DNA of 64,000 nt from an uncultured Actinomycetes bacterium (GCA_947085035.1 CAMTUW010000010.1:2356-66355); one strand, 5' to 3'. Shown: positions 1 through 9,598, numbered from the stretch's first letter. Notes: generated from the sequence alone by a model not told the origin. Translations and numbers: made by a program.

Positions 1-1166
1 CGCATCGTCTCGCGAAGAGCCACCGGCGCTGTCCCATCGCCCGTCACGGGTGAGGCCTTCAGCAGCACCTCGAGATACTCGGCCGCAGAATCCGAGTCAT
101 AGGTGAGCCCGGCCCCCGTCCCCCAAAACGCTGAGCCGGATTCGCCCTGCTCGCCCTCGAGCGTGCGGATGAGCACCGAGGAGTCCATCTCGCCAGGCAT
201 CGCCACCAGCAGCGCGCCGCAGTACACCCCGCGCGCGGTCGCCTCGAGTCCGGCGATGATGCTCATCGCCGCCCGCTTCGGCGCACCCGTCACCGAGCCG
301 CACGGGAACGTGGCCTCGAGCAGGTCAGCGAAGGTCGTCTCGGGGCGAAGCGTGCTTCGCACGGTCGATACGAGCTGGTGGCAGTACGGGGTGGCCACGA
401 CCTCGTAGAGCGGCTCCACGTGGACGCTGCCGGGCACGCTGTTCACGCCCAGGTCGTTTCGCTCCATGTCGACCACCATCACGTGTTCGGCGCGCTCTTT
501 GTGGCTCGCAAGCAGTTCGGCGGCGAGACGCTCATCCGCCTCAGGAGTCGACCCCCGGGGGCGCGTGCCCTTGATCGGCTCGATCTGCGCGAGCAGTGGT
601 GCGTCGCTTCCCCGTCCGTCACGTCGCACCCGCAAGAACCGCTCGGGCGAGACGCTCGCGATCCACGGCGTCGCTCCCGGCAGCCCCGTGAACAGCGCCG
701 CCATATCAGCGGCAGCGCGCGCTTCGAGCACCGCGAAGGCGGCGTCAGGACCGTCGACGGCAAGGGTTCCTCGCAAGCGGGTCGTCAGGTTCAACACGTA
801 GACGTCTCCGGCCGCGATCCGCTCGCGGACTTCTTCGACGCCCGCCCGAAAAGCGCGTGGTGCGAGATCCCATGCGACCTCTGTCAGCAACGGGTCTGCA
901 GGCGAAAGAGGCGCCGGGGGCAGCGCGGCGTCGGGCACGCCGACGCTCACCGCCGAGAAGCGCACGACCGTGCAGACGCCGTCGTAGGCCGCGAGCACTG
1001 CGGTCAGGCCGCTGCCGGAGCCCTCGAACTCGGCCTGCAGGGCGTGGCCTGCCTCGGACAGCGAGACGTCCGCGTCGATGCGAACGACGTCGTGCGCGAC
1101 GAGGGCCCGGCCCCCGAACCACCCGCGCTCAGAGGCTGGCGACAGTACGAGACGACACGCGCTCAT
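1..1166 (-). CDS. chorismate-binding enzyme (aminodeoxychorismate/anthranilate synthase component I family); C-terminus cut by window edge
   Basis: Absent from the ORF track because it runs off the left edge. My translation of the minus strand from the ATG at 1166 gives IEPIKGTRPRG, HKERAEHVMVVDMERNDLG, FPCGSVTGAPKRAAMSIIAGLE and RGVYCGALL..VLIRTLE. These are classic TrpE/PabB signatures, all in one frame. Confidence 0.8.
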   Translation of the reverse strand, partial: MSACRLVLSPASERGWFGGRALVAHDVVRIDADVSLSEAGHALQAEFEGSGSGLTAVLAAYDGVCTVVRFSAVSVGVPDAALPPAPLSPADPLLTEVAWDLAPRAFRAGVEEVRERIAAGDVYVLNLTTRLRGTLAVDGPDAAFAVLEARAAADMAALFTGLPGATPWIASVSPERFLRVRRDGRGSDAPLLAQIEPIKGTRPRGSTPEADERLAAELLASHKERAEHVMVVDMERNDLGVNSVPGSVHVEPLYEVVATPYCHQLVSTVRSTLRPETTFADLLEATFPCGSVTGAPKRAAMSIIAGLEATARGVYCGALLVAMPGEMDSSVLIRTLEGEQGESGSAFWGTGAGLTYDSDSAAEYLEVLLKASPVTGDGTAPVALRETM

Positions 1167-1173
1167 GCCAGAC

Positions 1174-2736
1174 TCAGTGCCGGAAGTGACGGTGACCGGT
1201 GAAGACCATCGCGATGCCACGTTCGTCGGCCATGGCGATGACCTCTTCGTCGCGCACCGAGCCGCCTGGCTGGATGACTGCGGTCACTCCTGCGTCGGCG
1301 ACGACCTCGAGCGAGTCCGCGAACGGCATGAACGCGTCGCTTGCCGCCACCGCGCCGCGGGCCTTCTCGCCGGCCTGCGCCACAGCGATGCGCGCCGAGT
1401 TCACGCGATTCATCTGCCCGGCTCCCACGCCAACGCTCACGAAGTCGCGAGCGAGAAGGATCGCGTTGCTCTTCACGCTCTTGGCCACGCGCCACGCGAA
1501 CAACAGCTGCTCGAGTTCTTCGGCGGTCGGCTGACGCTTCGTGGGCACCGTGAACGTCGAGGGCTCCTCGACGATCGCGTCGCTCTCCTGGATCAGCATG
1601 CCGCCTTCGACCGCGCGGCTCTCGTAGTGACCGCCCACGGCGCGCACCCCACCCGTCTTCAGCACCCGGATATTCGGCTTGCTCGCGAGGAGCTCGAGCG
1701 CGGCCTGCTCATAATCCGGCGCGATGATGGCCTCCACGAACTGACCGTTCGCGTAGATGGCCTCGATGAGCGCGGCTGGGACGGTGCGGTTGAACGCCAT
1801 GACGCCGCCGAACGCGCTGATCGGGTCGGCGTCGTGTGCGCGCCGATACGCGGCGACGATGTCATCGCCGATCGCGGTGCCGCACGGGTTGGTGTGCTTG
1901 ACGATCACGACCGCCGACTGCTCGGTGAACTCACGCACCGCCGTCCAGCAGGCGTCGGTATCGAGGATGTTGTTGTAGCTGAGCTCCTTGCCCTGGAGCT
2001 GTTCGGCACGTGCGAGCGTGTTCTCCTTCGCGTCGACGAAGCGGTAGAACGCCGCGCCTTGGTGGGGGTTCTCGCCGTAGCGCAGGTTCTGGACTTTCTC
2101 GAGACGAAAACGAGCCTCGTTCGGGAAGGCGGTCGCGCGGTAGTCGGACAGGTACATCCAGATCGCGCTGTCATACGCGCTCGTGGTGCGAAAGACCTCG
2201 GTCGCGAAGGCGCGGCGGGTCTCAAGCGTGGTCGCCCCGCCGTTCGCGCGCATCTCGGCGAGCACGGAGTCGTAACACGCCGGGTCGGTCACCACGGTCA
2301 CGCTCGCGAAGTTCTTCGCGGCGCTGCGCAACATCGAGGGCCCGCCGATGTCGATGTTCTCGATGGCGTCTTCCTCGGTCACGCCGGGCTTGGCGATGGT
2401 CGCCTCGAAGGCGTAGAGGTTCACGCACACGAGATCGATCATCCCGATGCCGTGCTCATCAGCGGCCGCCATGTGCGCGGGCACGTCGCGCCTTGCGAGA
2501 AGCCCTCCGTGCACGCGCGGGTGCAGCGTCTTGACGCGACCGTCCATCATCTCGGGAAAGCCGGTCAGGTCATCGATCGGGCGCACGGGGACACCGGCGT
2601 CGGCAAGCGTCTTGGCAGTACCTCCGGTCGAGACGATCTCGACGCCGAACTCGGTCGACAGCGCGCGGCAGAACTCGACGACTCCGGACTTGTCGGTGAC
2701 CGAAACGAGTGCCCGACGGATAGGCGTGTCGTTCAT
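1174..2736 (-). CDS. purH: bifunctional AICAR transformylase / IMP cyclohydrolase
   Basis: ORF 1174..2898 trimmed to the ATG at 2736 (cat at 2734-2736). N-terminus is MNDTPIRRALVSVTDKSGVVEF. The protein aligns with PurH over its full length and ends ..VFTGHRHFRH. Confidence 0.93.
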   Translation of the reverse strand: MNDTPIRRALVSVTDKSGVVEFCRALSTEFGVEIVSTGGTAKTLADAGVPVRPIDDLTGFPEMMDGRVKTLHPRVHGGLLARRDVPAHMAAADEHGIGMIDLVCVNLYAFEATIAKPGVTEEDAIENIDIGGPSMLRSAAKNFASVTVVTDPACYDSVLAEMRANGGATTLETRRAFATEVFRTTSAYDSAIWMYLSDYRATAFPNEARFRLEKVQNLRYGENPHQGAAFYRFVDAKENTLARAEQLQGKELSYNNILDTDACWTAVREFTEQSAVVIVKHTNPCGTAIGDDIVAAYRRAHDADPISAFGGVMAFNRTVPAALIEAIYANGQFVEAIIAPDYEQAALELLASKPNIRVLKTGGVRAVGGHYESRAVEGGMLIQESDAIVEEPSTFTVPTKRQPTAEELEQLLFAWRVAKSVKSNAILLARDFVSVGVGAGQMNRVNSARIAVAQAGEKARGAVAASDAFMPFADSLEVVADAGVTAVIQPGGSVRDEEVIAMADERGIAMVFTGHRHFRH

Positions 2737-2807
2737 GGGCGTGATCCCCCTCTTGAGACGAGATGTGCCGAACTGCGGAAGTGCGCACATTGTAGCCTGT
2801 GCGGCCG

Positions 2808-2850
2808 AAGAGGAAACAGGCCGACCCCGCGATACGCGGGACCGGCCTGT
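2808..2850 (-). terminator. intrinsic terminator downstream of the binding-protein gene
   Basis: Minus strand reads ACAGGCCGGTCCCGCG-TAT-CGCGGGGTCGGCCTGT. This is a 16-bp stem with 2 G-U pairs, followed by TTTCCTCTTC. A TACAAT -10-like box (2789..2794, minus) follows, ahead of purH. Confidence 0.6.
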
Positions 2851-2876
2851 CAGAAACATCCGATGTCGCTTCTGCG

Positions 2877-4034
2877 TTACTCGGTGATCTGCTTCCACGC
2901 GCCCGCTTCGACCTTGTAGGCCGAGATGATCTGCTGTTTGTTGTCGCCGTTCTCGTCGAACGACACCACTCCGGTGACACCTTCGATCGAGCCCGCGCGA
3001 ATCGCCATCATGACTGCCGTCCGGTCGTTACCCGCACCGATGACCGCGTTGATGATCGTCCATGCGGCGTCGTAGGCGTAGCTGTCGTAGGCCTCGGGGG
3101 CCGCGCCGTACTTCTCCTGGTACTTGGCCGCGAACTCAACGCCCTTGGGCTGCTGCTCGAGCGGCAGACCGAGCGACGTGGCGATGTCACCTTCTGCGTT
3201 CGTGCCCCCGGCGATCTTCATGTACTCGGGGGTGTAGAGCATGTCGCCACCCATGACCGGCACCTTCAGGCCGGACTCCTTCATCTGCTTGGTGAGCAAG
3301 GCGCCCTCGGTGTGTGCGCCCGCGTAGTAGACCGCGGATGACTTGGCCCTCTTGAGTTTGGTCACGAGTGCCGAGAAGTCGACCTCTTTGGCCTGGATGC
3401 GATCCTCGGCGACCACGGTTCCGCCTGCGGCGGTAAACGCCTTCTTGAACTCGGCTGCCAGGCCCTGGCCGTAGGGAGTGCCGTCGTCGACGACTGCGAC
3501 CTTGTCAAAGCCCAGCCTCATCGCCAGCGCTCCGGCGTAGCCGCCCTGTGCGTCATCCTTCGCGACGATGCGGTTGACGTTCTGAAGTCCGGTGGCCGTC
3601 AACGCCGGATTCGACGAGACGGTCACCATGGCCAGAGACGCATCCTCGTAGACCGGAGCCGCCGGGATCGAACAGCCCGAGTTGAAGTGACCAACGACTC
3701 CCACCACGCCGGAGTCACCTGCGAGCACGGTGGCCACGTTGACCGCCTGCTTTGGATCACCGGCATCGTCTTGCGCGTTCAAGACGAACGTGTACCCGGC
3801 GTCCTTGACTTCCTGAGAGGCGTTCGCCTCATCGATGGCGATCTGGACGGCACGCTTCATGCCCTCGCCGTACAGCGCGTTGTCACCGGTCAACGGCGCG
3901 GCGAATCCGATCTTGACCTCTGTCGACGTCGGAGTCGACGTCTTGTCCTCGGTCGGCTCCGAGCAACCCACGAGCCCAGCCGAGAGCGCCGTGACGAGCG
4001 CGAACGCGAGTGCCGTGCGTACGTGACGCTTCAT
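2877..4034 (-). CDS. branched-chain amino acid ABC transporter substrate-binding lipoprotein (LivJ/LivK family), orphan
   Basis: ORF 2877..4124 trimmed to the ATG at 4034. Signal peptide plus lipobox: MKRHVRTALAFALVTALSAGLVGC. The body is type-I periplasmic-binding-fold-like (KIGFAAPLTGDNALYGEG..). No livHMGF genes lie adjacent. Confidence 0.8.
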   Translation of the reverse strand: MKRHVRTALAFALVTALSAGLVGCSEPTEDKTSTPTSTEVKIGFAAPLTGDNALYGEGMKRAVQIAIDEANASQEVKDAGYTFVLNAQDDAGDPKQAVNVATVLAGDSGVVGVVGHFNSGCSIPAAPVYEDASLAMVTVSSNPALTATGLQNVNRIVAKDDAQGGYAGALAMRLGFDKVAVVDDGTPYGQGLAAEFKKAFTAAGGTVVAEDRIQAKEVDFSALVTKLKRAKSSAVYYAGAHTEGALLTKQMKESGLKVPVMGGDMLYTPEYMKIAGGTNAEGDIATSLGLPLEQQPKGVEFAAKYQEKYGAAPEAYDSYAYDAAWTIINAVIGAGNDRTAVMMAIRAGSIEGVTGVVSFDENGDNKQQIISAYKVEAGAWKQITE

Positions 4035-4157
4035 ACCCGCTCCTTCCCTTACCAAGAGTCCCCGCCACCAGCAGGTGGCGCACAATGAGTGAATATAGCA
4101 GGGGGTGACGTGCGACGGGAACAACCGACGAGTGATGCGCGATCGCGCCTGACCGCA

Positions 4158-4709
4158 TCAGACGCCGACACGCACGCTGGTGCGGCGACGATAGAACCGC
4201 CACCACGCCCAGACGAACAGCACCAACACGGTCACGGTGAGCACCGGCATGAATATCGCCACAGCGGTCGTCGCGATCACAACGACGTCCTCGAGAACGC
4301 TCACGACCGGGGCGCCCACACCGCCGCTCGCAGCGTTGACGACCGGCCGCGCCGTCGCCTTGGCGGCATGCACCCCTCCGGCGAGCACCACGCCGAGTAC
4401 GACCATCACGACCGGGTAGTTCTCGCCAACCTGACCACTCGCGGCCACCGCCAGCACCGCGCCCGCTGCCGGACGCACCACCGTCTGCATCGCATCGTTG
4501 ATGTGATCGACCAGTGGGATCTTGTCGACGAACAGCTCGACCAGCAGCAGCACACTCACGAGCGCGATGACCCACCACTGACCGATACCGCTCCACGGAG
4601 CCCCGAGCTGAAGCACGCCGAAACGCTGTGCCAGAGCGAGGCCGAGAAGCGGGATGTAGGCGTTGAGCCCTGCGGGAAACGCGAGCCCAAGAGCGGTCAG
4701 AACGTCCAC
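4158..4709 (-). CDS. DUF4126-like integral membrane protein
   Basis: 183 aa with multiple TM helices. The pattern AGLNAYIPLLGLALAQRF ... ELFVDKIPLVDHINDAMQTVVRPAAGA resembles the DUF4126 family. Confidence 0.55.
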   Translation of the reverse strand: MDVLTALGLAFPAGLNAYIPLLGLALAQRFGVLQLGAPWSGIGQWWVIALVSVLLLVELFVDKIPLVDHINDAMQTVVRPAAGAVLAVAASGQVGENYPVVMVVLGVVLAGGVHAAKATARPVVNAASGGVGAPVVSVLEDVVVIATTAVAIFMPVLTVTVLVLFVWAWWRFYRRRTSVRVGV

Positions 4710-4728
4710 GTCGCCCCCTTCGAACGCC

Positions 4729-5355
4729 TCACAGTGGCGGCGCGATTCGGACTCGACGGCCCTCGACGCTCACGCGGCCCTCGGCGATCAGCTGCAGTGC
4801 GGCCGGGTAGAGCCGGTGCTCGACCTCGTGCATCTTCGCCTCCAGCGACGCGAGCGTGTCATCTTCTGCAACCCGAACGGACTCTTGGGCGATGATCGGG
4901 CCCTCGTCGAAGACCTCGTTCGCGAAATGTACGGTCACCCCCGTGACTTTCACGCCGTATTCGAAGGCGTCACGGATTCCGTTCGCGCCAACGAAGCCCG
5001 GCAGAAGGGCCGGATGGATGTTCACCACCGCGTTCGGGTAAGCGTCGAGCACCTCTTTGCCAAGCAGGCGCATGTAGCCGGCCATGACCACGAGGTCGAC
5101 GCCGCGCGACTGGAACTCGTCGAGCAGCCGAGCATTGTAGGCTGAGCCTGAGTCGAACGCTCCTCGATCGACGTGCATCGCGTCGATACCGTGGCGGCGA
5201 GCCCGCTCAAGCCCGGCTGCTGCCTCGTGACTCGAGATCACCACCGCGATTCTCGCATCAAGCGCGCCTGATTCGCTCGCGTCGATGATCGCCTGCAGAT
5301 TGGTGCCGGAGCCTGATATGAGCACGCCCAAGCGAAGTTGGTCTTGAGTCGTCAC
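4729..5355 (-). CDS. purN: phosphoribosylglycinamide formyltransferase
   Basis: ORF 4729..5472 trimmed to the GTG at 5355, which has GGAGG about 12 nt upstream. This start avoids overlap with the purM stop at 5408. Motifs: LGVLISGSGTNLQAIID and NIHPALLP. Confidence 0.9.
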   Translation of the reverse strand: MTTQDQLRLGVLISGSGTNLQAIIDASESGALDARIAVVISSHEAAAGLERARRHGIDAMHVDRGAFDSGSAYNARLLDEFQSRGVDLVVMAGYMRLLGKEVLDAYPNAVVNIHPALLPGFVGANGIRDAFEYGVKVTGVTVHFANEVFDEGPIIAQESVRVAEDDTLASLEAKMHEVEHRLYPAALQLIAEGRVSVEGRRVRIAPPL

Positions 5356-5407
5356 CGTGTCGTCACCCCTCCGGCCGCCCTTCTGTTCTGTTCCCGGTGC
5401 AGCTTGA

Positions 5408-6466
5408 CTACCCCGTGTAGAGCACCCTGCCCTGGCCAACCACGATCTCCCCGATCTCAGATACCGTCTCACCGGCGGCGCGCAACGCCACAGCGGCGGT
5501 CGGCGCGTCGGACGGATCCATCACGAGCGCCATGCCGATACCCATGTTGAATGTCCGGTGAGCCTCGTCCGCTGACAGCGCCGCGGCCTCGACGACCGTC
5601 TCGATGATGCGAGGCACCCGCCACGAACCTCGATGGATCACCGCATCGCAATCCTTGGGGAGCACGCGATCGAGGTTCTCAGTGATACCCCCGCCGGTGA
5701 TGTGGGCCATCGCCTTGATGGGTGCGCCCGAACGCACCACTCCCAACACCGTCTTGACGTAGATGCGAGTCGGGGTGAGTAGCGCCTCGCCCAAGCTCAC
5801 GCCTCCCAAGTCGACGCGCGCCAGCGCGAGCTCGCCCTCCCGCCCCTCGACAAGCGCTTTGCGCACAAGTGAGAATCCGTTGCTGTGCAGCCCGCTCGAG
5901 GCCAGTCCGAGCACCACGTCGCCCGGCTTCACCGTCGAGCCGTCGATCACGTCGGGCCGATCCACGACGCCGACGCAAAAACCCGACAGGTCGTAGTCAT
6001 CAACCGGCATCACGTCGGGGTGCTCGGCCATCTCGCCACCGATCAAGGCGCAGCCGGCTTGCCGGCATCCCTCGGCGATTCCCTCAACGATGCTCCCGAC
6101 CAACTCGCCATCGAGCTTCCCCGTGGCGATGTAGTCGAGGAAGAACAGTGGCTCCGCACCGGTCACGAGGATGTCGTTCACGCACATCGCGACCAGATCG
6201 ATCCCAACGGTGTCATGCTTTCCGAGAAGCTGCGCGACCCTGAGCTTCGTGCCAACGCCGTCGGTGGCCGAGACGAGGATCGGCTCGCGCATACCTTTGA
6301 AAGCCGCCGCCGAGAACATGCCTCCGAACCCGCCGATGTCGCCTATGACCTCGGGGCGGTAGGTGCTTCGCACACTCTCGCGGATTCTCTCAACGGCGTG
6401 CGCGCCCGCAGCGGTATCGACCCCTGCGTCGCGATACGTGATGGGACGGCGCTTCTCGTCAGTCAC
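5408..6466 (-). CDS. purM: phosphoribosylformylglycinamidine cyclo-ligase (AIR synthetase)
   Basis: 352 aa with YRDAGVDTAAG.., GIGGFGGMF and DGVGTKL. Its start overlaps the purF stop by 8 nt. Confidence 0.93.
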   Translation of the reverse strand: MTDEKRRPITYRDAGVDTAAGAHAVERIRESVRSTYRPEVIGDIGGFGGMFSAAAFKGMREPILVSATDGVGTKLRVAQLLGKHDTVGIDLVAMCVNDILVTGAEPLFFLDYIATGKLDGELVGSIVEGIAEGCRQAGCALIGGEMAEHPDVMPVDDYDLSGFCVGVVDRPDVIDGSTVKPGDVVLGLASSGLHSNGFSLVRKALVEGREGELALARVDLGGVSLGEALLTPTRIYVKTVLGVVRSGAPIKAMAHITGGGITENLDRVLPKDCDAVIHRGSWRVPRIIETVVEAAALSADEAHRTFNMGIGMALVMDPSDAPTAAVALRAAGETVSEIGEIVVGQGRVLYTG

Positions 6467-7934
6467 GAGTCTCGACCGCCCCGCACGACTCGAGCGCCAT
6501 CTTGCCGTTTCGGCTGGACTGGGGGATCTCGATGGGATACTCGCCGTTGAAACAGGCGAGACAGAAGTCTTCGGCAGCGGTTCCCGTCGCCCCCACCATG
6601 CCGGGCAGGGACAGATACGCCAAAGAATCCGCGCCGATGTGCTCGCGGATCTCTTCTACCGTATGCGACGCGGCGATGAGCTGCTCTTGCGTATCCGTGT
6701 CGATGCCGTAGAAACATGGCCACACGACGGGCGGAGAGGTGATTCTCATGTGCACTTCAGCCGCCCCTGCGTCCCGCAGCAGCTGTACGAGTTTCCTTGT
6801 GGTGTTGCCGCGCACGATGGAGTCGTCCACCACCACGAGGCGCTTGCCTTTGATCGCGTGCTTGAACGGGTTGAGTTTCAGCCGGATGCCCTGCTGTCGC
6901 AGCGTCTGCGACGGTGAGATGAACGTCCGCCCGACGTAGCGGTTCTTGGCGAGCCCCTCACCGAAGGGGATGCCGCTGCCTTGAGCGTAGCCGACCGCCG
7001 CCGGTACCCCTGAGTCCGGGACACCGATGACGAGATCGGCTTCGATCGGCGCTTCGCCGGCCAGTGCCACGCCCATGAGACGCCGCGCCTCATACAGCGA
7101 GCAGCCGTAGATCTCTGAGTCCGGACGCGCGAAGTAGACGAACTCGAACATGCACATGGAGCGCTTCTGACCCGGAACTGCCTGAAGCGTCTCGAGTCCA
7201 TCAGTCGATATCTTGAGCGCCTCGCCCGGCTCGACGTCACGAACGAATCGCGCGCCCACGATGTCGAGCGCGCACGTCTCGCTGGCCACGACCCATCCGT
7301 CGCCCTCGAGTCGACCCAACACGAGCGGCCTGACCCCGTGCGGATCGCGAAAGGCGTAAAGCGCGTGCTCGGTCATCAGCACAACGGCGTAGGCGCCGTC
7401 GATGAGTTGCATCGTCTCTCGGATCCCGTCCCGCAGACGATTGTGCTGCTGCGTGAACGCCGCGATGAGCGTCGCAATCACTTCCGAGTCCGTGGTGGAA
7501 CGGAAGCGGATGCCTCGCCCTTGAAGCGCGTCTCGCAGCTCACTCGTGTTGACGAGGTTGCCGTTGTGCGCCAAAGCGATGCCCTGGCGCCCGATCGTCG
7601 AGAGGTGCGGCTGGGCGTTCTCCCATGCCGATGAAGTGCCGGTCGTCGAGTAGCGGGTGTGACCGATCGCCACGTCGCCGGTGAGCGAGTCCAGGTCGCT
7701 TTCCTTGAACACCCGGCTCACCAGCCCGAGGTTCTTGGTCACCGTGACCGTCTCGCCGTCGCCCACGGCGATTCCCGCACTCTCTTGACCGCGATGTTGA
7801 AGAGCGTGCAGGCCGAAGTACGTCAAGCGCGCCACGTCTTCACCCGGCGCGTACACGCCGAAGACGCCGCACGCCTCCTCGGGGTGCTCGGGACGGTCGG
7901 CGAGGAGGGGCTCCTCGGGGTTGTGAGAAATCAT
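6459..7934 (-). CDS. purF: amidophosphoribosyltransferase
   Basis: 491 aa. It has the N-terminal propeptide plus catalytic Cys context (ACGVFGVYA), then HRGQESAGIA, the PRTase motif VVVDDSIVRGNT, and C-terminal Cys residues for an Fe-S cluster. Confidence 0.93.
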   Translation of the reverse strand: MISHNPEEPLLADRPEHPEEACGVFGVYAPGEDVARLTYFGLHALQHRGQESAGIAVGDGETVTVTKNLGLVSRVFKESDLDSLTGDVAIGHTRYSTTGTSSAWENAQPHLSTIGRQGIALAHNGNLVNTSELRDALQGRGIRFRSTTDSEVIATLIAAFTQQHNRLRDGIRETMQLIDGAYAVVLMTEHALYAFRDPHGVRPLVLGRLEGDGWVVASETCALDIVGARFVRDVEPGEALKISTDGLETLQAVPGQKRSMCMFEFVYFARPDSEIYGCSLYEARRLMGVALAGEAPIEADLVIGVPDSGVPAAVGYAQGSGIPFGEGLAKNRYVGRTFISPSQTLRQQGIRLKLNPFKHAIKGKRLVVVDDSIVRGNTTRKLVQLLRDAGAAEVHMRITSPPVVWPCFYGIDTDTQEQLIAASHTVEEIREHIGADSLAYLSLPGMVGATGTAAEDFCLACFNGEYPIEIPQSSRNGKMALESCGAVETRD

Positions 7935-8014
7935 ACGGTGCGGTCCTCGCGATACGTGGTCGGGCGTGGACGCGGCAAGAATAGCACGGCCGTCTGCGTT
8001 GCGGTCCCCGGAGA

Positions 8015-8194
8015 TTACGGAGCGGGCTGCCAGAAACAGCGCCTCGGTGACTCGATGTCGCCGGACTTCTTGAGGTCGGCCATCGCCTTGTCGACCACCT
8101 TGCGGTCGAGGCCTGTCATCTCCACGACCTTACCGGCGTTGAGCGGCTCTCCGGCTGCCTTCATGGCGTCGAGTACCTGCTGCGTCGCTTCCAC
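8015..8194 (-). CDS. small (59 aa) winged-helix-like DNA-binding protein
   Basis: Absent from the ORF track, which lists nothing under 60 aa. GTG at 8194 lies 5 nt after AGGAGG. Translation: VEATQQVLDAMKAAGEPLNAGKVVEMTGLDRKVVDKAMADLKKSGDIESPRRCFWQPAP, stop TAA at 8015-8017. The helix-turn-helix pattern resembles small MarR-like wHTH proteins. Confidence 0.5.
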   Translation of the reverse strand: MEATQQVLDAMKAAGEPLNAGKVVEMTGLDRKVVDKAMADLKKSGDIESPRRCFWQPAP

Positions 8195-8345
8195 GTCATC
8201 CTCCTGATGGTCGAATAGGGTTCCAAGAGAACCTTACCCCACTTCACCCGAAATGACGTGCGTTGTGTGTAGCGCCGCTCGATTGGCCTGAACCCTGCTA
8301 AGATGTCGCCTTGATCGACCGTCCATACTCGCTCCGGAGGTCTCG

Positions 8346-9584
8346 ATGCGCCGCGCACTGTCCACACTCATCCTGCTCGCCCTTGCCATCCCTCTGGTTC
8401 TTGTGGGACCGACAGCGGGATTTGCCGCAGCGAACTTCCCCGTGTGGGAGACCGTTGAAGTCACCCTCCACAGCGAGGACGGCTCAAGCGTGCTCCTCAT
8501 CTCCGGAAAACTGCCCGACGCGACGAAGTTGCCCGTCACGGTCCAACTCGCTGCTCCAGCCGGAGCCAAGCTTCAGTGGGCCGGCGAGATCTTGAACGGC
8601 CCGGCATCCGAGGATCCGACCGTGAAGTACGAAATCGCCACCGTGGGTGATTCGGACGTCTACACCTTCACACTGACACAGTCGCGCACAGGTCAGATCG
8701 AAGTCACCAGTCCTGGAGTGCTCCGATTCGACGGCACCGGCTACGTTGCCGCTGTGAAGTGGGCGCCTTCGTCTCCGGTGAAGCAGGTGAACCTGAATGT
8801 GCTCATCCCGCCGAATGGTCAGGTATCCACTGCCGACGAGGGTCTGCAGACGGTGCCCGCCGGGAGTGGCTACTCCTACCTTCGCAAGGTCGCGAAAGAT
8901 CCCAAGTTGGGTGAGCCGATCACCATCAACGTGAACTACACGCTGAGTGCCGTCGCTCCGGGCGCCGGGGCGCCCCAGACCAACAGCAGTTTCCCTGTAG
9001 TCCTTCTGGCGCTCCTGTTCGGCTTCGGAGGGCTGATCGCTGTTCTCGCGATCCGCAACAAGACCCGCGCGCGCGCCGCCGCATCACCAGTCGATGATGA
9101 CGAGGATGTACTGCTGTCCGTGGACGACGAACTTGTTGAGGACGCACCGACCGTGCGTCACGCCCCGGCACCGGCCCCCCCGCACGCGCCGGTGCAGCCT
9201 GGAAAACCACGCAACACGAAGCTCGTCCCGCTCGTGGTCATGGCGGTGATCGTCTTCGCGGGCGCCTTCGCCGTGAGCATCGGCAATCGCAGCGTGGCCA
9301 CCGGCGACATCGTATCGATGCAGTTCGCGACCGTCGACGAGTGCGCGAGCTCGGAGTTCCTTCTCCAGCCGAAAGGTAACGCAAGCCTTCGAGATGACGC
9401 CCAGAAGGTCTTGACCGCGCTGCGCGCTGTTGCGGGAATTGGAAGCGCTACCGTCGACTTGAAGGCATCCACGGTGACTGTCAGCTACTGCGGCTCGGTC
9501 GCGAACTCCGACCAGATTCTCGCGGCACTGCAAGCGACCGGCTACACCGTCACTCCCGCCGGCTTCGCGCCGGTCGTCGAGTAG
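8346..9584 (+). CDS. two-TM membrane protein with exported beta-rich N-domain and C-terminal HMA-like (ferredoxin-fold) domain
   Basis: 412 aa. Signal peptide MRRALSTLILLALAIPLVLVGPTAGFAAA. TM helices at about residues 215-237 and 295-315 flank an acidic, Pro-rich loop. The C-terminus (TVDLKASTVTVSYCGSVANSDQILAALQATGYTV) looks like a heavy-metal-associated fold but lacks the GMxCxxC motif. Confidence 0.6.
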   Translation: MRRALSTLILLALAIPLVLVGPTAGFAAANFPVWETVEVTLHSEDGSSVLLISGKLPDATKLPVTVQLAAPAGAKLQWAGEILNGPASEDPTVKYEIATVGDSDVYTFTLTQSRTGQIEVTSPGVLRFDGTGYVAAVKWAPSSPVKQVNLNVLIPPNGQVSTADEGLQTVPAGSGYSYLRKVAKDPKLGEPITINVNYTLSAVAPGAGAPQTNSSFPVVLLALLFGFGGLIAVLAIRNKTRARAAASPVDDDEDVLLSVDDELVEDAPTVRHAPAPAPPHAPVQPGKPRNTKLVPLVVMAVIVFAGAFAVSIGNRSVATGDIVSMQFATVDECASSEFLLQPKGNASLRDDAQKVLTALRAVAGIGSATVDLKASTVTVSYCGSVANSDQILAALQATGYTVTPAGFAPVVE

Positions 9585-9598
9585 CAGATCCTCAGGAA

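Noticed and set aside
1078-2919. 613-aa plus-strand ORF covering purH. Similar long antisense ORFs: 378..1202(+), 34650..35663(+), 37956..38894(-), 42562..43464(-), 47389..48597(-), 50185..51525(-), 51535..52479(-), 54656..55624(-), 57176..58246(+), 58016..59635(-).
   Set aside because: All lie antisense or out of frame to genes with unmistakable family signatures. Their translations are Arg/Ala/Gly/Pro/His-rich low-complexity strings with no motifs. Long stop-free alternative frames are expected in DNA this GC-rich.
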